Below are positions 1 to 10,840 of a stretch of DNA of 64,000 nucleotides, piece after piece. Under the pieces are notes generated by a model, which saw nothing but the letters and a program-made list of their open reading frames with translations, was not told where the DNA came from and made no database searches. How positions within the stretch are numbered: the first letter of the stretch is position 1; every line of letters begins with the position of its first letter. Made by a program: the position numbers and the translations under genes. The stretch spans positions 382,542 through 446,541 of IMG/VR virus record IMGVR_UViG_3300036715_004471. One strand, 5' to 3'.

Positions 1-24
1 GTTTGGTAGCTACCAAACTCACAT

Positions 25-936
25 TTAATTCCTCGGGAAAAAGACAGCGCTGGACTTGTTGTACAGTTTACTATCCAATGTAACTAGTTTATCAAAATCT
101 TCTACTTCGAAAAATGATTTATCGATATCTTTCAAACTAGATTTAGCACCGAACAATGCGCCAACAATGGCAGCAGTTGTATCAGTGTCTCCGCCAGCTT
201 TAATTGCTGCCAACACTGCATCATAATAATTATCGAATCTTAAAACGCAATAGATAGCAGCCGGAACGGTTTCTCTTACATTTGCGCCCGTTCCAAGAAG
301 TGCCAATGACATTGTTGTTGATGCGCCGGCGCTGATAAGAACATGCAGTTTACTTAATTTGTGTTTGACGCAGGAATCAGGCAAATGAACCATGATTTTA
401 TCAATCAAATTGTCAGTGTCATGATTGGCAATATAAGCTGTCGCCAACGCAATCGCCAATGCTCCTGCCTCGGCATCATGCGACTGATGGGTGATAGCGC
501 TGTCAATTTTAACCGATTCAACTAGTTTTGCAATATCATGCCTGAAATAGATTCCAAAGGGTGCAGCTCTCATAGCTGTTCCATTACCATAAGAACCTGG
601 AACTCCCGATTCGGACCAATGAATTCCTTTTTGTAGTTTTTCCACTGCCATAAAAGTAGTTCTGCCGTATCCTCTAGCACGACCAGAAACAATCCAATCT
701 ACATAACGAGCGCACAAATCTTCGGGAACAAATCCATTGTTTTCGATTAAAGATTCAGCAACCATTAATGACATTTGGGTGTCATCTGAATATTGGGCGG
801 GAAGCAATCCATGATGTTTGCTGCCCAAATAAGATTTACCATCCCAATTGACCAGTAGAGGATTATCTCCCCGCATTGTTTCAAATGGAACGCCCAATGC
901 ATCGCCAATAGCAGTTCCAACAAGAACATTACTCAT
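25..936 (-). CDS. ADP-ribosylglycohydrolase (DraG/ARH family)
   Basis: GDALG, YSDDTQM, GNGTAMR and GGDTDTTAAI motifs. Confidence 0.93.
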   Translation of the reverse strand: MSNVLVGTAIGDALGVPFETMRGDNPLLVNWDGKSYLGSKHHGLLPAQYSDDTQMSLMVAESLIENNGFVPEDLCARYVDWIVSGRARGYGRTTFMAVEKLQKGIHWSESGVPGSYGNGTAMRAAPFGIYFRHDIAKLVESVKIDSAITHQSHDAEAGALAIALATAYIANHDTDNLIDKIMVHLPDSCVKHKLSKLHVLISAGASTTMSLALLGTGANVRETVPAAIYCVLRFDNYYDAVLAAIKAGGDTDTTAAIVGALFGAKSSLKDIDKSFFEVEDFDKLVTLDSKLYNKSSAVFFPRN

Positions 937-1565
937 TTTCGAAATCCTTTTGATTTAGGAGCCAAGTTTCTGAACTCTGACATTTTGTTATTATGGAGTT
1001 CATGGTATTTATCTTTGTACGAATCCCATTCCTCCGAATCATCATTCTTAATCTCTTCCCACAAGGAATTACAAGAAGCATAATCTACAATTTTGGAATG
1101 TTGTGCAATTTGCATACCAAAATCAATTATTCTAAATGAATGGAATAATGACTTCTTAGCAATGTAAACATTCTTATCTTGTTCTACTTCTAACTTCTTT
1201 TTTGCTTTCACCCAAGAATGAGAGGCTTTTTCGGAAATACTTGAACGAAGCTTTTCTTTGTCCAAAGAAAAGCTTATCTTCAATCTATTTTTCAAAAGCA
1301 ATTCTTTTGGCAAAAAGATACATTCTAAAGCGGCAATCTTATGTTGAAAACATTGTGTTAAAAAATCATCTATTGAATAAAGATGAACATTGATATTTCC
1401 ATCATTCGATGTAAGAGAAAATTCTTTAACATCTTTATCCATAACTATAATAAAATCATAATCAGAAGATTCAGAATGTGTTCCATAAACACGTGAGCCA
1501 TAAGAATAAATATTCAAAACTTCTTTCTCGTCGAGCCCAAAACTTTTGATGATTAGGTCTTTCAT
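933..1565 (-). CDS. Pol-beta superfamily nucleotidyltransferase
   Basis: YGSRVYGT..SDYDF (GS-x-DxD) motif. Confidence 0.8.
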   Translation of the reverse strand: MKDLIIKSFGLDEKEVLNIYSYGSRVYGTHSESSDYDFIIVMDKDVKEFSLTSNDGNINVHLYSIDDFLTQCFQHKIAALECIFLPKELLLKNRLKISFSLDKEKLRSSISEKASHSWVKAKKKLEVEQDKNVYIAKKSLFHSFRIIDFGMQIAQHSKIVDYASCNSLWEEIKNDDSEEWDSYKDKYHELHNNKMSEFRNLAPKSKGFRK

Positions 1566-2089
1566 AATATTTCATTGTGAACAGAATGATTTCCAGTCAG
1601 TTTAACGATTGGTTTGATAATTTCGTCCAAAAGTGGTTCGAAAACAATATATTTACCTTTTATATTTTCTTTTTCAAGTAACTCATGCCAACTTAATTTG
1701 AAATCATCAAGAACCGGCTCATCATCAAAATGAACTAAAATATCTTGTCTGCCGGGCATTTTGCTATTCAAATAACATTCACAAAAATTAGGTCCACGTT
1801 TACTTTTACGTTCAGACAATGTTCCTTTACCTTTTGCTTTGGGCGCATTTAGTAAAGGTTCATTCCTTTTTGAATCAAAATCTAAAATTAATTTTCTTTT
1901 AGAATCTGCCTCCTCATAAGAATCAAAAACATAAGTTCTTGCTTTAAGAGTTTTAGAATTTAATTTAATTTTTACTCTAATGCCGACTTTTCTTACAGTT
2001 ACCCGTGATTCATCAACATATGATGTCCATATTTTTTCCATCTCTTCTTTGGAATGAGAGGCATAAATTTGAGACATAACTGACATCAA
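1562..2089 (-). CDS. hypothetical protein (true start probably ~2216, separated by a 1-nt frameshift)
   Basis: Frame stays open to ~2212; AAGGAG-ATG upstream lies 1 nt out of frame. Confidence 0.6.
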   Translation of the reverse strand: MMSVMSQIYASHSKEEMEKIWTSYVDESRVTVRKVGIRVKIKLNSKTLKARTYVFDSYEEADSKRKLILDFDSKRNEPLLNAPKAKGKGTLSERKSKRGPNFCECYLNSKMPGRQDILVHFDDEPVLDDFKLSWHELLEKENIKGKYIVFEPLLDEIIKPIVKLTGNHSVHNEIL

Positions 2090-2262
2090 TTTTTGTTCAG
2101 CATATACTTTTATTCTTGTATCTTTGTTTCCAAAAATTGCTTTGCGTTCTTTACTATTATAATCTGATGAATAATGAAATACCCTACCAATTGCCTGAGT
2201 GTAGTTCTGTGATCATACTCCTTATATATCACAGAACTACAAGAGTTTAATGTCGCGGAGCG

Positions 2263-3651
2263 TTATTTTGTACGTTCTCTGATTCTTTCCAGAGAATCAT
2301 CAATCAGTAGTTCTCCATTTTCATAGACAGTCTTTAACGCCGAGAATTCGTTAGCATTCTCGCTATCGGACAAAGAAATTGTCTGCCAAATTCCGTTTGG
2401 CCATTTTACCAAATCTAATCTACCTGGTTTGGACTTTTTGCCGTGATCGGTGATTGGGTCTTTGAAGACTGGTCTGGTTTTACCATCGACCGTAATAGAT
2501 GAACATTTCATGGCGAATTTAAGAGTATCTCTATTCAAACCCTGAATTAAAGCCCCGCCCATTCCAAATCCTACATTGGTGGCAGAATAGCCATAATTCA
2601 ACAGATTTTCTAGAATTGCCCCAATAGAATGCTCATCAACACCATCGCCCTGAATAACCCTTACATTATTCAAGACTTTATATCCCTTTGTATTGGTAGT
2701 GCTACCAAACTTACTATCCAAAATCTGAACAGTTTTCAACACTACATCAGGGGGATTTCCGCTGTCTGGTCTAATAACCACTGTAGCGCCAGAATCAATT
2801 ACTTCCTGTTTTAACTGCCCACCCCATAATTTCTCGCAGGCATTATACAAATCATAAGAGTCAGAAACACAAGCAACCATCGATCCGGGTTTCGCGAACT
2901 GGTTCAGCATATTTCTATAAGCTTCAGCTTCATTCTCTTTACCCCAACTGGTAATCGAAGAGTGTTCCGATGCAGGGATACTAAATCCTGACATAGGACA
3001 ATTATAGTATTCGTTAGCGCAGAGAACTCCTGCTGCCGTATCTGAACCTAAGAAATTGACTAAATGAGCAGCATCACCAATCATTGCTGATTCCTGACTG
3101 CTATTTCCTCTGGCTCCGAATCCATGCAGCTTGAAGTTAATCTCTGCGGCAGGATCATCAGATGACTTGTTCAAAGCATCAAGAATAATCTGTTTAATTG
3201 TATAGCTGCGTGTGGCTACTGTAATTGGATACCAAATCCTAAGTAACATAGTTTCTAGCCATGAAACAATCCAAAATACGTTTGGATCTGTGGATTCAAT
3301 ACTAACTAGAATGTTGTGACCCGAAACGACTGTTCCTTCCGGAACCGCACGAATTCTAACAGGAAGTTTGCCGCCTAATTCTTTGGCAATATACATCCAG
3401 CCTTCATAGTTGAAAGGCTCTCCGTGAGCAGTCCAAAACTCTCTAGCTCTTTCTACTTCTTCTACGGTTACGCGATGCGATAGATACTCTTTCAGATAAT
3501 ACTGTAAGCCGAAAAATACTGTCTTATCATATTCTCCGCCACGACTTTCGATATAACTAAACATCGAAGTGGTCCCCGGCGGATACTGAAGATAATGCGA
3601 AACCTTGTATGAATCAGTATCAAAGAGATAGCTAAATCTAATTGTTTTCAT
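2263..3651 (-). CDS. nadV: nicotinamide phosphoribosyltransferase (NAMPT/NadV-like)
   Basis: TDSYKVSH, FGARG, SIPASEHS, VSDSYD, IRPDSG, IQGDG, KKSKPG motifs. Confidence 0.93.
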   Translation of the reverse strand: MKTIRFSYLFDTDSYKVSHYLQYPPGTTSMFSYIESRGGEYDKTVFFGLQYYLKEYLSHRVTVEEVERAREFWTAHGEPFNYEGWMYIAKELGGKLPVRIRAVPEGTVVSGHNILVSIESTDPNVFWIVSWLETMLLRIWYPITVATRSYTIKQIILDALNKSSDDPAAEINFKLHGFGARGNSSQESAMIGDAAHLVNFLGSDTAAGVLCANEYYNCPMSGFSIPASEHSSITSWGKENEAEAYRNMLNQFAKPGSMVACVSDSYDLYNACEKLWGGQLKQEVIDSGATVVIRPDSGNPPDVVLKTVQILDSKFGSTTNTKGYKVLNNVRVIQGDGVDEHSIGAILENLLNYGYSATNVGFGMGGALIQGLNRDTLKFAMKCSSITVDGKTRPVFKDPITDHGKKSKPGRLDLVKWPNGIWQTISLSDSENANEFSALKTVYENGELLIDDSLERIRERTK

Positions 3652-3667
3652 ATAATCTCTCTTTCTA

Positions 3668-4711
3668 TCAACTAAAAACTAAAAACTTCTTAATGTCAAA
3701 GAGTTTAGTATCTTCGGCTTCAAATGGGTAAAGATTCAAACGCTCCGAATTATATGCAACTTCGTTTTCCAGATATGTTGCAGATGGCTTGGCGTAATTT
3801 TTATCCATTGGCATGTGACCAGTGTATTGAAGAAGTTTGTGTTTTATTTCTTTCTGTGCTTTCTCACGTAGGAAAGTGACGATACTTGATAGGTCAACGT
3901 CCACATGACCAACCTTTTCAATATAAGGATGAGATTTTTTGACATCAAACTTGTAATTTGATTCTGGTTTTAACATTGTGTCAATGTTTTCTTCCAGAGA
4001 ACCATATCTTACTCCATAGAAAAGCATAGATTTTTTAACTGGTTTTTTCTCAAATTCAAAAGTAGCATCTTTTCTATTGTAGTATGGAGTTTTGTCTTTG
4101 AGACTAAAAAGTGTAGTATTTACATATCCCAAAAAGATTGCTTTATTTTTCTTTCTGTCTTGATAAATTCCACCAACTTCTAATTTTTTCTTTCCAACAG
4201 GTTTAACATCTTTGTTTTCTTCAAACTCCATAATTAATCTATGTAGCTCAGATCCAATTCTTATTAGGCTTATGCGGCTTCCGATTTTTGCCCAAATGAA
4301 TTCTCCTTGTAAAACTCCACCTGGAGCGATACCAACTTGTAACATGGTATCCATCAAAACATCTCCCGGCAAGTCTACGTAATATTTATCGATCAAGGCT
4401 TTGAAAGTTTTTCCCCTATATCCAGCAGAAATAACTCTAATATTTGAAATTGGTTTATTTTCCATTTCAACAGTTATTGGAACAGCTTGACCATTCCATC
4501 CGCTTGCTGTCTTTTTAATTTTCGTAAGACTTTTTACGTTCGTATCAGTAACCCACACTGGCAATACTTTTTCTTTTTCGTATTTGCTTATATGTTTCTT
4601 TTCATCATATGAATATTCACTATCCCAAGAAGAACCCACTAATACTTCGCTCTCCTTAGTATAAGTATAAGTAATCTTTTCGGGAATACTTCCAACTACA
4701 ACTTTTGTCAT
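3668..4711 (-). CDS. hypothetical protein
   Basis: 347-aa ORF, operon-like spacing. Confidence 0.75.
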   Translation of the reverse strand: MTKVVVGSIPEKITYTYTKESEVLVGSSWDSEYSYDEKKHISKYEKEKVLPVWVTDTNVKSLTKIKKTASGWNGQAVPITVEMENKPISNIRVISAGYRGKTFKALIDKYYVDLPGDVLMDTMLQVGIAPGGVLQGEFIWAKIGSRISLIRIGSELHRLIMEFEENKDVKPVGKKKLEVGGIYQDRKKNKAIFLGYVNTTLFSLKDKTPYYNRKDATFEFEKKPVKKSMLFYGVRYGSLEENIDTMLKPESNYKFDVKKSHPYIEKVGHVDVDLSSIVTFLREKAQKEIKHKLLQYTGHMPMDKNYAKPSATYLENEVAYNSERLNLYPFEAEDTKLFDIKKFLVFS

Positions 4712-4809
4712 AAACTTTCACCTTGAAAATGAAAAAGGTGAGTGACACTTGGTTCACTCACCTTTAGGTTAGATGTAGCTACACTTAGCTACTTGATGGG
4801 ATGACTGCC

Positions 4810-5745
4810 TCAAAATCTAGTAAAGACTGACTCTGAAACAGCGCGTTTTACTCTTTTGTTTTGAGCCGGAACCCTTGGAGTGCTTTTAATATCCATAATC
4901 TTAAATTCTTTGTCACCTGGGAAACCGGATGGATGAGCGTCTTTAGGAGATTGTTCCTTCAACTTAGCAACAAGTTCATCCCACCAAAGATATCTTACTC
5001 TAATAGATTCTGCAAATTTTGGCTTGATCAAGCCGGTTACATACATAATCTTTTGATCAATGTGTTCGCCTGCGCCCACAGAAACTAAACTTTCCAAACT
5101 TCTATTATCAGATGAGTTATTGCAATTTACTGAAACAGAATCTGTATAACAAAGACTCAAACTTTGAGGTTCAATCACGCCTTTTGTTAAGGACTTAGAT
5201 CTGGATCTACGAAAATCACCTTTAGGTGTACCTAAAGAATTATAACTTCCAGAATATCCAGAGCTTATGCCACCGCTACCAATTGTGCCAGAACCACCAG
5301 ACCAATCTCCTCCAAAAGAAAAATCAAATCTAATTGGCTCTACATGACCTTCTTCATATACAGCAGCAGCAATAATTCCACGATGGCTTAAATCTCCATG
5401 GGTATGCAAAGCAACGCTTTTATCAGCGCTAGTAAATACAAATCCAGCCCCACCATTATTTGTTTCTGGCCAAGCTTTCAATGATAAAGTACCGTATCCG
5501 TTGACAAGCCACATTCCACTTTCTAAATCAGTAGAAGCTGGCTTACCAGTTAAAACATCGGTACCATCAATAGATAGTTTGACTTGAACTTTGGCGGAGG
5601 AATTGTTTTTAAATCTAAGCTCGAACGGCTCGTTGCCCCATGCACCCACAGTTTGAATATCATCAATAAGATGTTTCTTCAACGATCTGTTGACAAACTG
5701 TGGGTGATGACTAATGATATCTAACGAATATTTTGAGTATGACAT
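4810..5745 (-). CDS. hypothetical protein with Gly/Ser-rich linker
   Basis: 311-aa ORF with GGAG RBS. Confidence 0.75.
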   Translation of the reverse strand: MSYSKYSLDIISHHPQFVNRSLKKHLIDDIQTVGAWGNEPFELRFKNNSSAKVQVKLSIDGTDVLTGKPASTDLESGMWLVNGYGTLSLKAWPETNNGGAGFVFTSADKSVALHTHGDLSHRGIIAAAVYEEGHVEPIRFDFSFGGDWSGGSGTIGSGGISSGYSGSYNSLGTPKGDFRRSRSKSLTKGVIEPQSLSLCYTDSVSVNCNNSSDNRSLESLVSVGAGEHIDQKIMYVTGLIKPKFAESIRVRYLWWDELVAKLKEQSPKDAHPSGFPGDKEFKIMDIKSTPRVPAQNKRVKRAVSESVFTRF

Positions 5746-5845
5746 ATAATCTCCTGCGGAGTGAAATTAAACTCCGCAATTATATATATCATATCTTTCA
5801 TAGAATTATCGTTTTTTATCAATAATTTCTTTTTGAAGCGTGAAA

Positions 5846-7000
5846 TTAGTATTCACTATCTTCTTCATCTTGGGCGTCATAAGCATCAGGTTTTTCATGA
5901 ACAACTACTTCATGTTTTCTAGATTCTGGATTCCAGCCATGTTCTCTAGCAACAGAATAGATTTCTGCCAATGTAAACGGCTTATCTTCCTCAATTGAAA
6001 AGATAGTATCAGCCACATTAGCAAGACCAGGAACCAATTTGTTGAATATAAATTGTGATTTGGAAGCGCTCAATGCTCCAACCTTGATATCTTTGCTTAA
6101 TCTGCCGGGGCGCATGATTGCGGCTTCCATTTCCAATTTCTGAGCGTTGGTTGTGGCAATAATACGTAAATCCAACATCGAACCAAGAATACCATCTCCC
6201 AAATTCAACAAAGATTGAATTGAGTTAATATTCTCATTACCCCTAGTTACCAATACTTTATCAGCATCTTCTAAGACCAAAATGATTGGTCCGGATGCAT
6301 GATGCCTATTATCAATCAATAGCGGTAACAGTTCTGGTCCACCCAATGAAGAAACCATCTCTGGTGGAACCAAAACGAACATAGCATCTGGAACCTCCAA
6401 AAGCATCGCTCTTACTAAATGGGTCTTACCAGTACCGGGCTCACCTTCCATGATTACGATTCTTCCAGAAGGTTGATTGGAATTCAAATCTTTGATAACG
6501 AAATCATAATCTTTGATAACTTCATCACTGTAATTATCTCTAACTAATCGTATGCTTGCGTTACCCAATGAGCTAAGAGAAAGATTACCATATTGTTTGG
6601 TAATTGCGAAGACATGCCCTTTTTTCTTCTCTGGAACAATTAAAGGAGCAACAAAATCTCTAATTGTTTCAACTAGTTTTTGATCCTTTGAGGCGGCAGC
6701 AACAGTTACATAGGAACCAGACAAACCATATTCCGCCATGCCGTCCTTCCAAATCCAAACCAAAGATTCCGGTTTACCAATGAAATTATAGACAAGTCTT
6801 CCACCAAGAGCCGTCATTTTTGCCTTAATGGATTCCAGATTATCTGAATCTACATTTCCGTAAATGTAACACTCAGATATATGCCCACTATCGTTTTCCA
6901 ACACATTTCTCAGAAGTGTAGACATGCCCAAAGCATTGACGCTAATTTCTGGTTTGCGACCAAGTTCAATCCAATTCATACCATTTCTCCAGATACTCAT
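5846..7000 (-). CDS. AAA+ ATPase
   Basis: Walker A GEPGTGKT, Walker B LVLEDAD, sensor TTN, RPGR arginine finger. Confidence 0.9.
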   Translation of the reverse strand: MSIWRNGMNWIELGRKPEISVNALGMSTLLRNVLENDSGHISECYIYGNVDSDNLESIKAKMTALGGRLVYNFIGKPESLVWIWKDGMAEYGLSGSYVTVAAASKDQKLVETIRDFVAPLIVPEKKKGHVFAITKQYGNLSLSSLGNASIRLVRDNYSDEVIKDYDFVIKDLNSNQPSGRIVIMEGEPGTGKTHLVRAMLLEVPDAMFVLVPPEMVSSLGGPELLPLLIDNRHHASGPIILVLEDADKVLVTRGNENINSIQSLLNLGDGILGSMLDLRIIATTNAQKLEMEAAIMRPGRLSKDIKVGALSASKSQFIFNKLVPGLANVADTIFSIEEDKPFTLAEIYSVAREHGWNPESRKHEVVVHEKPDAYDAQDEEDSEY

Positions 7001-7008
7001 CTAAATCC

Positions 7009-7623
7009 TCATGCTAATCTGTTAAAGAGTGCTTCATTATCCTTACAATGTTCTTTCAACTTATCTAGCCAAGCTTGGCTTTTAATCTTGAACATAATAG
7101 GCATATTAGTTTTTTTATCATTAGTGCCCTTACACACTACACCCTCCATAGTCATACCAGGAAGAGTGGACTGCTTAACGGCATCAAACAATTCTACGCT
7201 TACTTGTCCTTCGTAAAGGACTCGTGGGATATCCAAATGACTAAACAATTTTAGAAATTCATCTGGTGTTAAGATTCCTTGTTTATATGGATTGACATCA
7301 ATTAAAGTAACATCCATTTTTTCTTCAAAGTTATGTGAGCCCGCAAAGGAGCTTGGTCCCCAATATTCAAAAAAGCACAAAGCATCAGACCACTTATTGT
7401 CTTTGAATACTTTAGAAAGACTTTCTGAATATTTCTCTTGAATTAAAGTAATGGCTCCATTAAAAGGACTTGTGCGATCAATCAATTCGGTACGAGAACC
7501 AAACTTATAAAAACCCTTTTTGGAGTTCCACTCGGCTCTCATATTAGAGCCATCTAGCTTATCAAAAGCATAGATGTAAACATCTTTTCTGACGTCTTTG
7601 GTAATAGACGGATACATTTTCAT
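7009..7623 (-). CDS. ATP-dependent RNA ligase-like nucleotidyltransferase domain
   Basis: Motif I DKLDGSN, FFEYWG, EGVVCK, FKIK. Confidence 0.75.
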   Translation of the reverse strand: MKMYPSITKDVRKDVYIYAFDKLDGSNMRAEWNSKKGFYKFGSRTELIDRTSPFNGAITLIQEKYSESLSKVFKDNKWSDALCFFEYWGPSSFAGSHNFEEKMDVTLIDVNPYKQGILTPDEFLKLFSHLDIPRVLYEGQVSVELFDAVKQSTLPGMTMEGVVCKGTNDKKTNMPIMFKIKSQAWLDKLKEHCKDNEALFNRLA

Positions 7624-8228
7624 AAAAATACTTTCAATGTATGAGGAATAAATCTAACCCATTTCGTATGATTATATTGTTTAGTTGGCTTATGTTCTTC
7701 ACAACAACACCATTCAGTAAACTCATCATAATAATATTTTGTATACAAAGCTTTGTTAGGACAATCTTTATCGAGATTACACAAACCATTCATATAGGCT
7801 TGATGATCGCCACCGGTATTTAACCAAATACTATATTCATAAGATTTTTGATCTCTGTCCCAGCCAACTTCTTTCACACAATCTCCATTGAGATTAAGGT
7901 TATAAACCTCTGGTTTTATCTTGCAAGATACGAATAATTTTCTCAAACATTCTTCGCAAAGAGAAAAAACATATGCATTCAGATCGAGTAGATGAATTGA
8001 ATCATATCCACCAATTACTTTGGCTTTATGTAAACCAAATGGTATTTGATCATTGTATCCTTCCGGATGACACATGCCGCCGCCGCACAAATTACATAAT
8101 ATGGTTAATGGATTTTGAACTTGAAGTGAATTTGCACAATGGGTACAAACATGTTTATTGCGAGTGTCTTCGCTCCAATGGTCACAACTTTTGCAAACAA
8201 CAAAATCTTCGATTACTTCATTCGACAT
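7620..8228 (-). CDS. Cys-rich hypothetical protein
   Basis: Multiple CxxC pairs. Confidence 0.65.
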   Translation of the reverse strand: MSNEVIEDFVVCKSCDHWSEDTRNKHVCTHCANSLQVQNPLTILCNLCGGGMCHPEGYNDQIPFGLHKAKVIGGYDSIHLLDLNAYVFSLCEECLRKLFVSCKIKPEVYNLNLNGDCVKEVGWDRDQKSYEYSIWLNTGGDHQAYMNGLCNLDKDCPNKALYTKYYYDEFTEWCCCEEHKPTKQYNHTKWVRFIPHTLKVFL

Positions 8229-8286
8229 ATAAAAGAAAATGCGAAGCTGTTGGAACAGCTTCGCATCAGTAGAATTATTGATTAAC

Positions 8287-8574
8287 TTACTTAATGATAC
8301 AGAGGACCTGATCTTCTCTCAAAAGAAAATTAGAAACACCATCAACTTTAACTTCGGTCAAGAAGTTTTTATTGAAAGCCACTCTGTCACCAACACTAAC
8401 TTCTAGTGGAATTGATTTGCCGCTGGCATCCAATCTTCCACTACCAACTGCCAGTACCGTGCCAGTTGTAACTTTTTCCTCAGCAGTCTGGGGAACAAAT
8501 AACCCGCCGGCGGTTTGTGTTACTGGCTCATCTTTTGAAACAACTACGAAATCTCTTAGAGGTTGAACTGTCAT
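8287..8574 (-). CDS. groES: co-chaperonin GroES
   Basis: QPLRDFVVV, TAGGLFVP, GTVLAVGSG, VGDRV, LLREDQVL. Confidence 0.95.
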   Translation of the reverse strand: MTVQPLRDFVVVSKDEPVTQTAGGLFVPQTAEEKVTTGTVLAVGSGRLDASGKSIPLEVSVGDRVAFNKNFLTEVKVDGVSNFLLREDQVLCIIK

Positions 8575-8598
8575 AATATCTCCTGTACCACAAATATA

Positions 8599-9117
8599 TC
8601 ATTCGCTGTCTGCTTCGATGATTCTAATAAGTTGCTCAAAACAAAACTTTATCTTTTTTCTTTCGCAAGCATCATTAAACTTTATTTCAAATTGAAATTG
8701 TTTTTCATAGTCAGAGAAATCCATATTTTTTATTCGAAGAATTTGACAAGCTTGATTAATGATTTCTATCGGAATAGCTTTGTCTTCTTTGAGACATTCT
8801 TCTTTGGCTATATTAAGTACTTTAATTCTCAAATTATTGAAATACATTTTTTTGTATTTCAATAATTTGATTTCATCAAAATTGAATCCTTTAACATATT
8901 CAAAAAATGGTTTATTTCCTCTGCTATTGTTACATTCATAACAAGATACAGTTAAGTTGGTTGTATTGAAAGTTCCTCTTTTACTGTCGGGAACAATATG
9001 TTCCATAGTAATTGTTTCTGAAGTTAACAGTTTTTGACAATAACAACAAACTGGTCTGTCTCTGTTTACAACGTATTCTTTGATCTTTTTTTGTCTTTTA
9101 CGTTCCTGGGCGCCCAT
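8599..9117 (-). CDS. HNH endonuclease
   Basis: CCYC..TMEHIVP..NLTVSCYECN. Confidence 0.85.
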   Translation of the reverse strand: MGAQERKRQKKIKEYVVNRDRPVCCYCQKLLTSETITMEHIVPDSKRGTFNTTNLTVSCYECNNSRGNKPFFEYVKGFNFDEIKLLKYKKMYFNNLRIKVLNIAKEECLKEDKAIPIEIINQACQILRIKNMDFSDYEKQFQFEIKFNDACERKKIKFCFEQLIRIIEADSE

Positions 9118-9123
9118 AATACA

Positions 9124-9813
9124 TTAAACCTCGAGATGAAAACAATCATTTACATTCAGTAATCTCCATCCTTCGGGACCGAAATACAATCTAGTCACCG
9201 AAGTATTATCAATTTGAACTTTCCAGGTGAAACCTCTGTCAAATCCAGTAACGTATTGAAGCAGACATTTAATAGTCATGCCATGGCTAAAACATCCAAT
9301 ATTCAACATTGGTAGTTTATTAGCTTTTCTATAGTTGGCTTGTTCAATCATCTTGGGATTATATAGAATTTCATTTTCTACCCAAGCGGAAGATCTGCGC
9401 TCTACCATAGTAAAAGATTCTCCGTTGGGCGGCAAAAATGCTTGATTCAAATAGTTCATTTTTGCTTTAACAGTATCGGTCATTGTAGCAGATCGACTCG
9501 CGCCGGTCCAATCTCCTGCATCATATTCACGAATGTCAGGGACTACAATAATATCTTGATGAATGTCTGCACAAGCTAGTTTAGCAGTTTCTAATGCCCT
9601 ATCATAGCTTGACGAATAAACATAATCGAACTTCTCTCCTCTTTTAAGGAGTCTAAGACCTAAACGTCGCGCTTGATCTTTACCCTTTTCGGTCAGTTTA
9701 ACATGAGCCGTCTGTCCCATGATGTCAGGGGTCGCATTCACCTCAGATTCGCCATGACGAATCAGAGAAAGAATAAATTCATTATCTTGAATCATTCTGA
9801 GTTGTCCTTCCAA
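9124..9813 (-). CDS. histidine phosphatase (phosphoglycerate mutase family)
   Basis: IRHGES, SS..RALETA, GES, SHG, N..HL. Confidence 0.9.
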   Translation of the reverse strand: MEGQLRMIQDNEFILSLIRHGESEVNATPDIMGQTAHVKLTEKGKDQARRLGLRLLKRGEKFDYVYSSSYDRALETAKLACADIHQDIIVVPDIREYDAGDWTGASRSATMTDTVKAKMNYLNQAFLPPNGESFTMVERRSSAWVENEILYNPKMIEQANYRKANKLPMLNIGCFSHGMTIKCLLQYVTGFDRGFTWKVQIDNTSVTRLYFGPEGWRLLNVNDCFHLEV

Positions 9814-10183
9814 TAGTTAAATGGAAACCGTATCTTGGCTCTTTTGAAAGTCCATAATTTTCCCTTAAGTTTAACAAATAGGGACATTGAACCTTAAGCC
9901 AATAATACTCTCCGTTATCTTGTACTCCCCCTTCATATTCAAATTCAATTATTTTGTGTTCGTCCATCCTCCATAAATTGTAATTGGGAATTCTTTCTCC
10001 CCTAATAACGGAAATATGAGCACCCCATACTGGTCGGGTTAATTTCCCCAACCAAGGAGTCTCACTATAGAATAAGCTTCTGTAATATCGTGATATCTCA
10101 TCATCACACATGATTACTAACCACTTGTTGCTCGACGACAGATGGGTGCGCGGCGAATATACCATCTTACCAATAGATTTCAT
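9782..10183 (-). CDS. 2H phosphoesterase family protein
   Basis: Two HxS/T motifs: AHISV and FHLTI. Confidence 0.75.
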   Translation of the reverse strand: MKSIGKMVYSPRTHLSSSNKWLVIMCDDEISRYYRSLFYSETPWLGKLTRPVWGAHISVIRGERIPNYNLWRMDEHKIIEFEYEGGVQDNGEYYWLKVQCPYLLNLRENYGLSKEPRYGFHLTIGRTTQNDSR

Positions 10184-10186
10184 ACA

Positions 10187-10693
10187 TTATTTCTTTTTCG
10201 ACTTTCCAGCATAAGTATCGGTTTGAGAGTGACAATTAGGACATAATATTCTTAAATTGTCCAACCTATTATCATTAGGCTGACCATTTATATGGTCAAT
10301 TTGTAACGATAATTTTTTATTATTCCATTCTGGACCAATACCACATTCGTAACATGAATTTTTCAACAAGCCGAGAGCAAGTAATCTTTTCTTCAAAGTT
10401 GTACGAGAATAAGAAGAGTTAATAACTAAAATTTCTTCTATGGATGATACATATTTGGATTTTTGTTTTCTGCCGCAATTAGCATTTGATCCTAGTTTAA
10501 TATGAGAAAAATCTATATTCTCTTGTTTTAATCTAGTTTTCAATGCCAGATAACTTCCACTTGAAGGGTTTATACTGTATTTCACCAATACAGTATTCAA
10601 ACTGAAATTATTTTTGATAATTTCACGCAACTCTTCCGTTGGAATTGACCAAATTTTTGATCTCTTTTTCCTAGGTAATTTTCTATAATCCAT
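10187..10693 (-). CDS. HNH homing endonuclease
   Basis: LQIDHING..NLRILCPNCH. Confidence 0.9.
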   Translation of the reverse strand: MDYRKLPRKKRSKIWSIPTEELREIIKNNFSLNTVLVKYSINPSSGSYLALKTRLKQENIDFSHIKLGSNANCGRKQKSKYVSSIEEILVINSSYSRTTLKKRLLALGLLKNSCYECGIGPEWNNKKLSLQIDHINGQPNDNRLDNLRILCPNCHSQTDTYAGKSKKK

Positions 10694-10764
10694 AATTAAC
10701 TCTCTAATAGTTTATTGTTTTATCAATAAATTATATCTACCATTAGAGAAATTTTCAATATAAG

Positions 10765-10837
10765 CTCAGGAGATCCGATTCGGACGGATATTTCATAGAG
10801 TCGGAAACTATGCGACCTACCATTAGTCGACTCCTGA
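10765..10837 (-). pseudogene. degenerate tRNA (Gln-like body, 9-nt anticodon loop, no CCA)
   Basis: Cloverleaf folds by eye; loop TTTCCGACT; T-loop TCCGAAT. Confidence 0.6.
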
Positions 10838-10840
10838 ATG

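Noticed and set aside
3115-3130. NAMPT motif HGFGARG instead of HDFGxRG
   Set aside because: CAT GGA TTC versus CAT GAT TTC differ only by swapped homopolymer lengths, so it may be an artefact.
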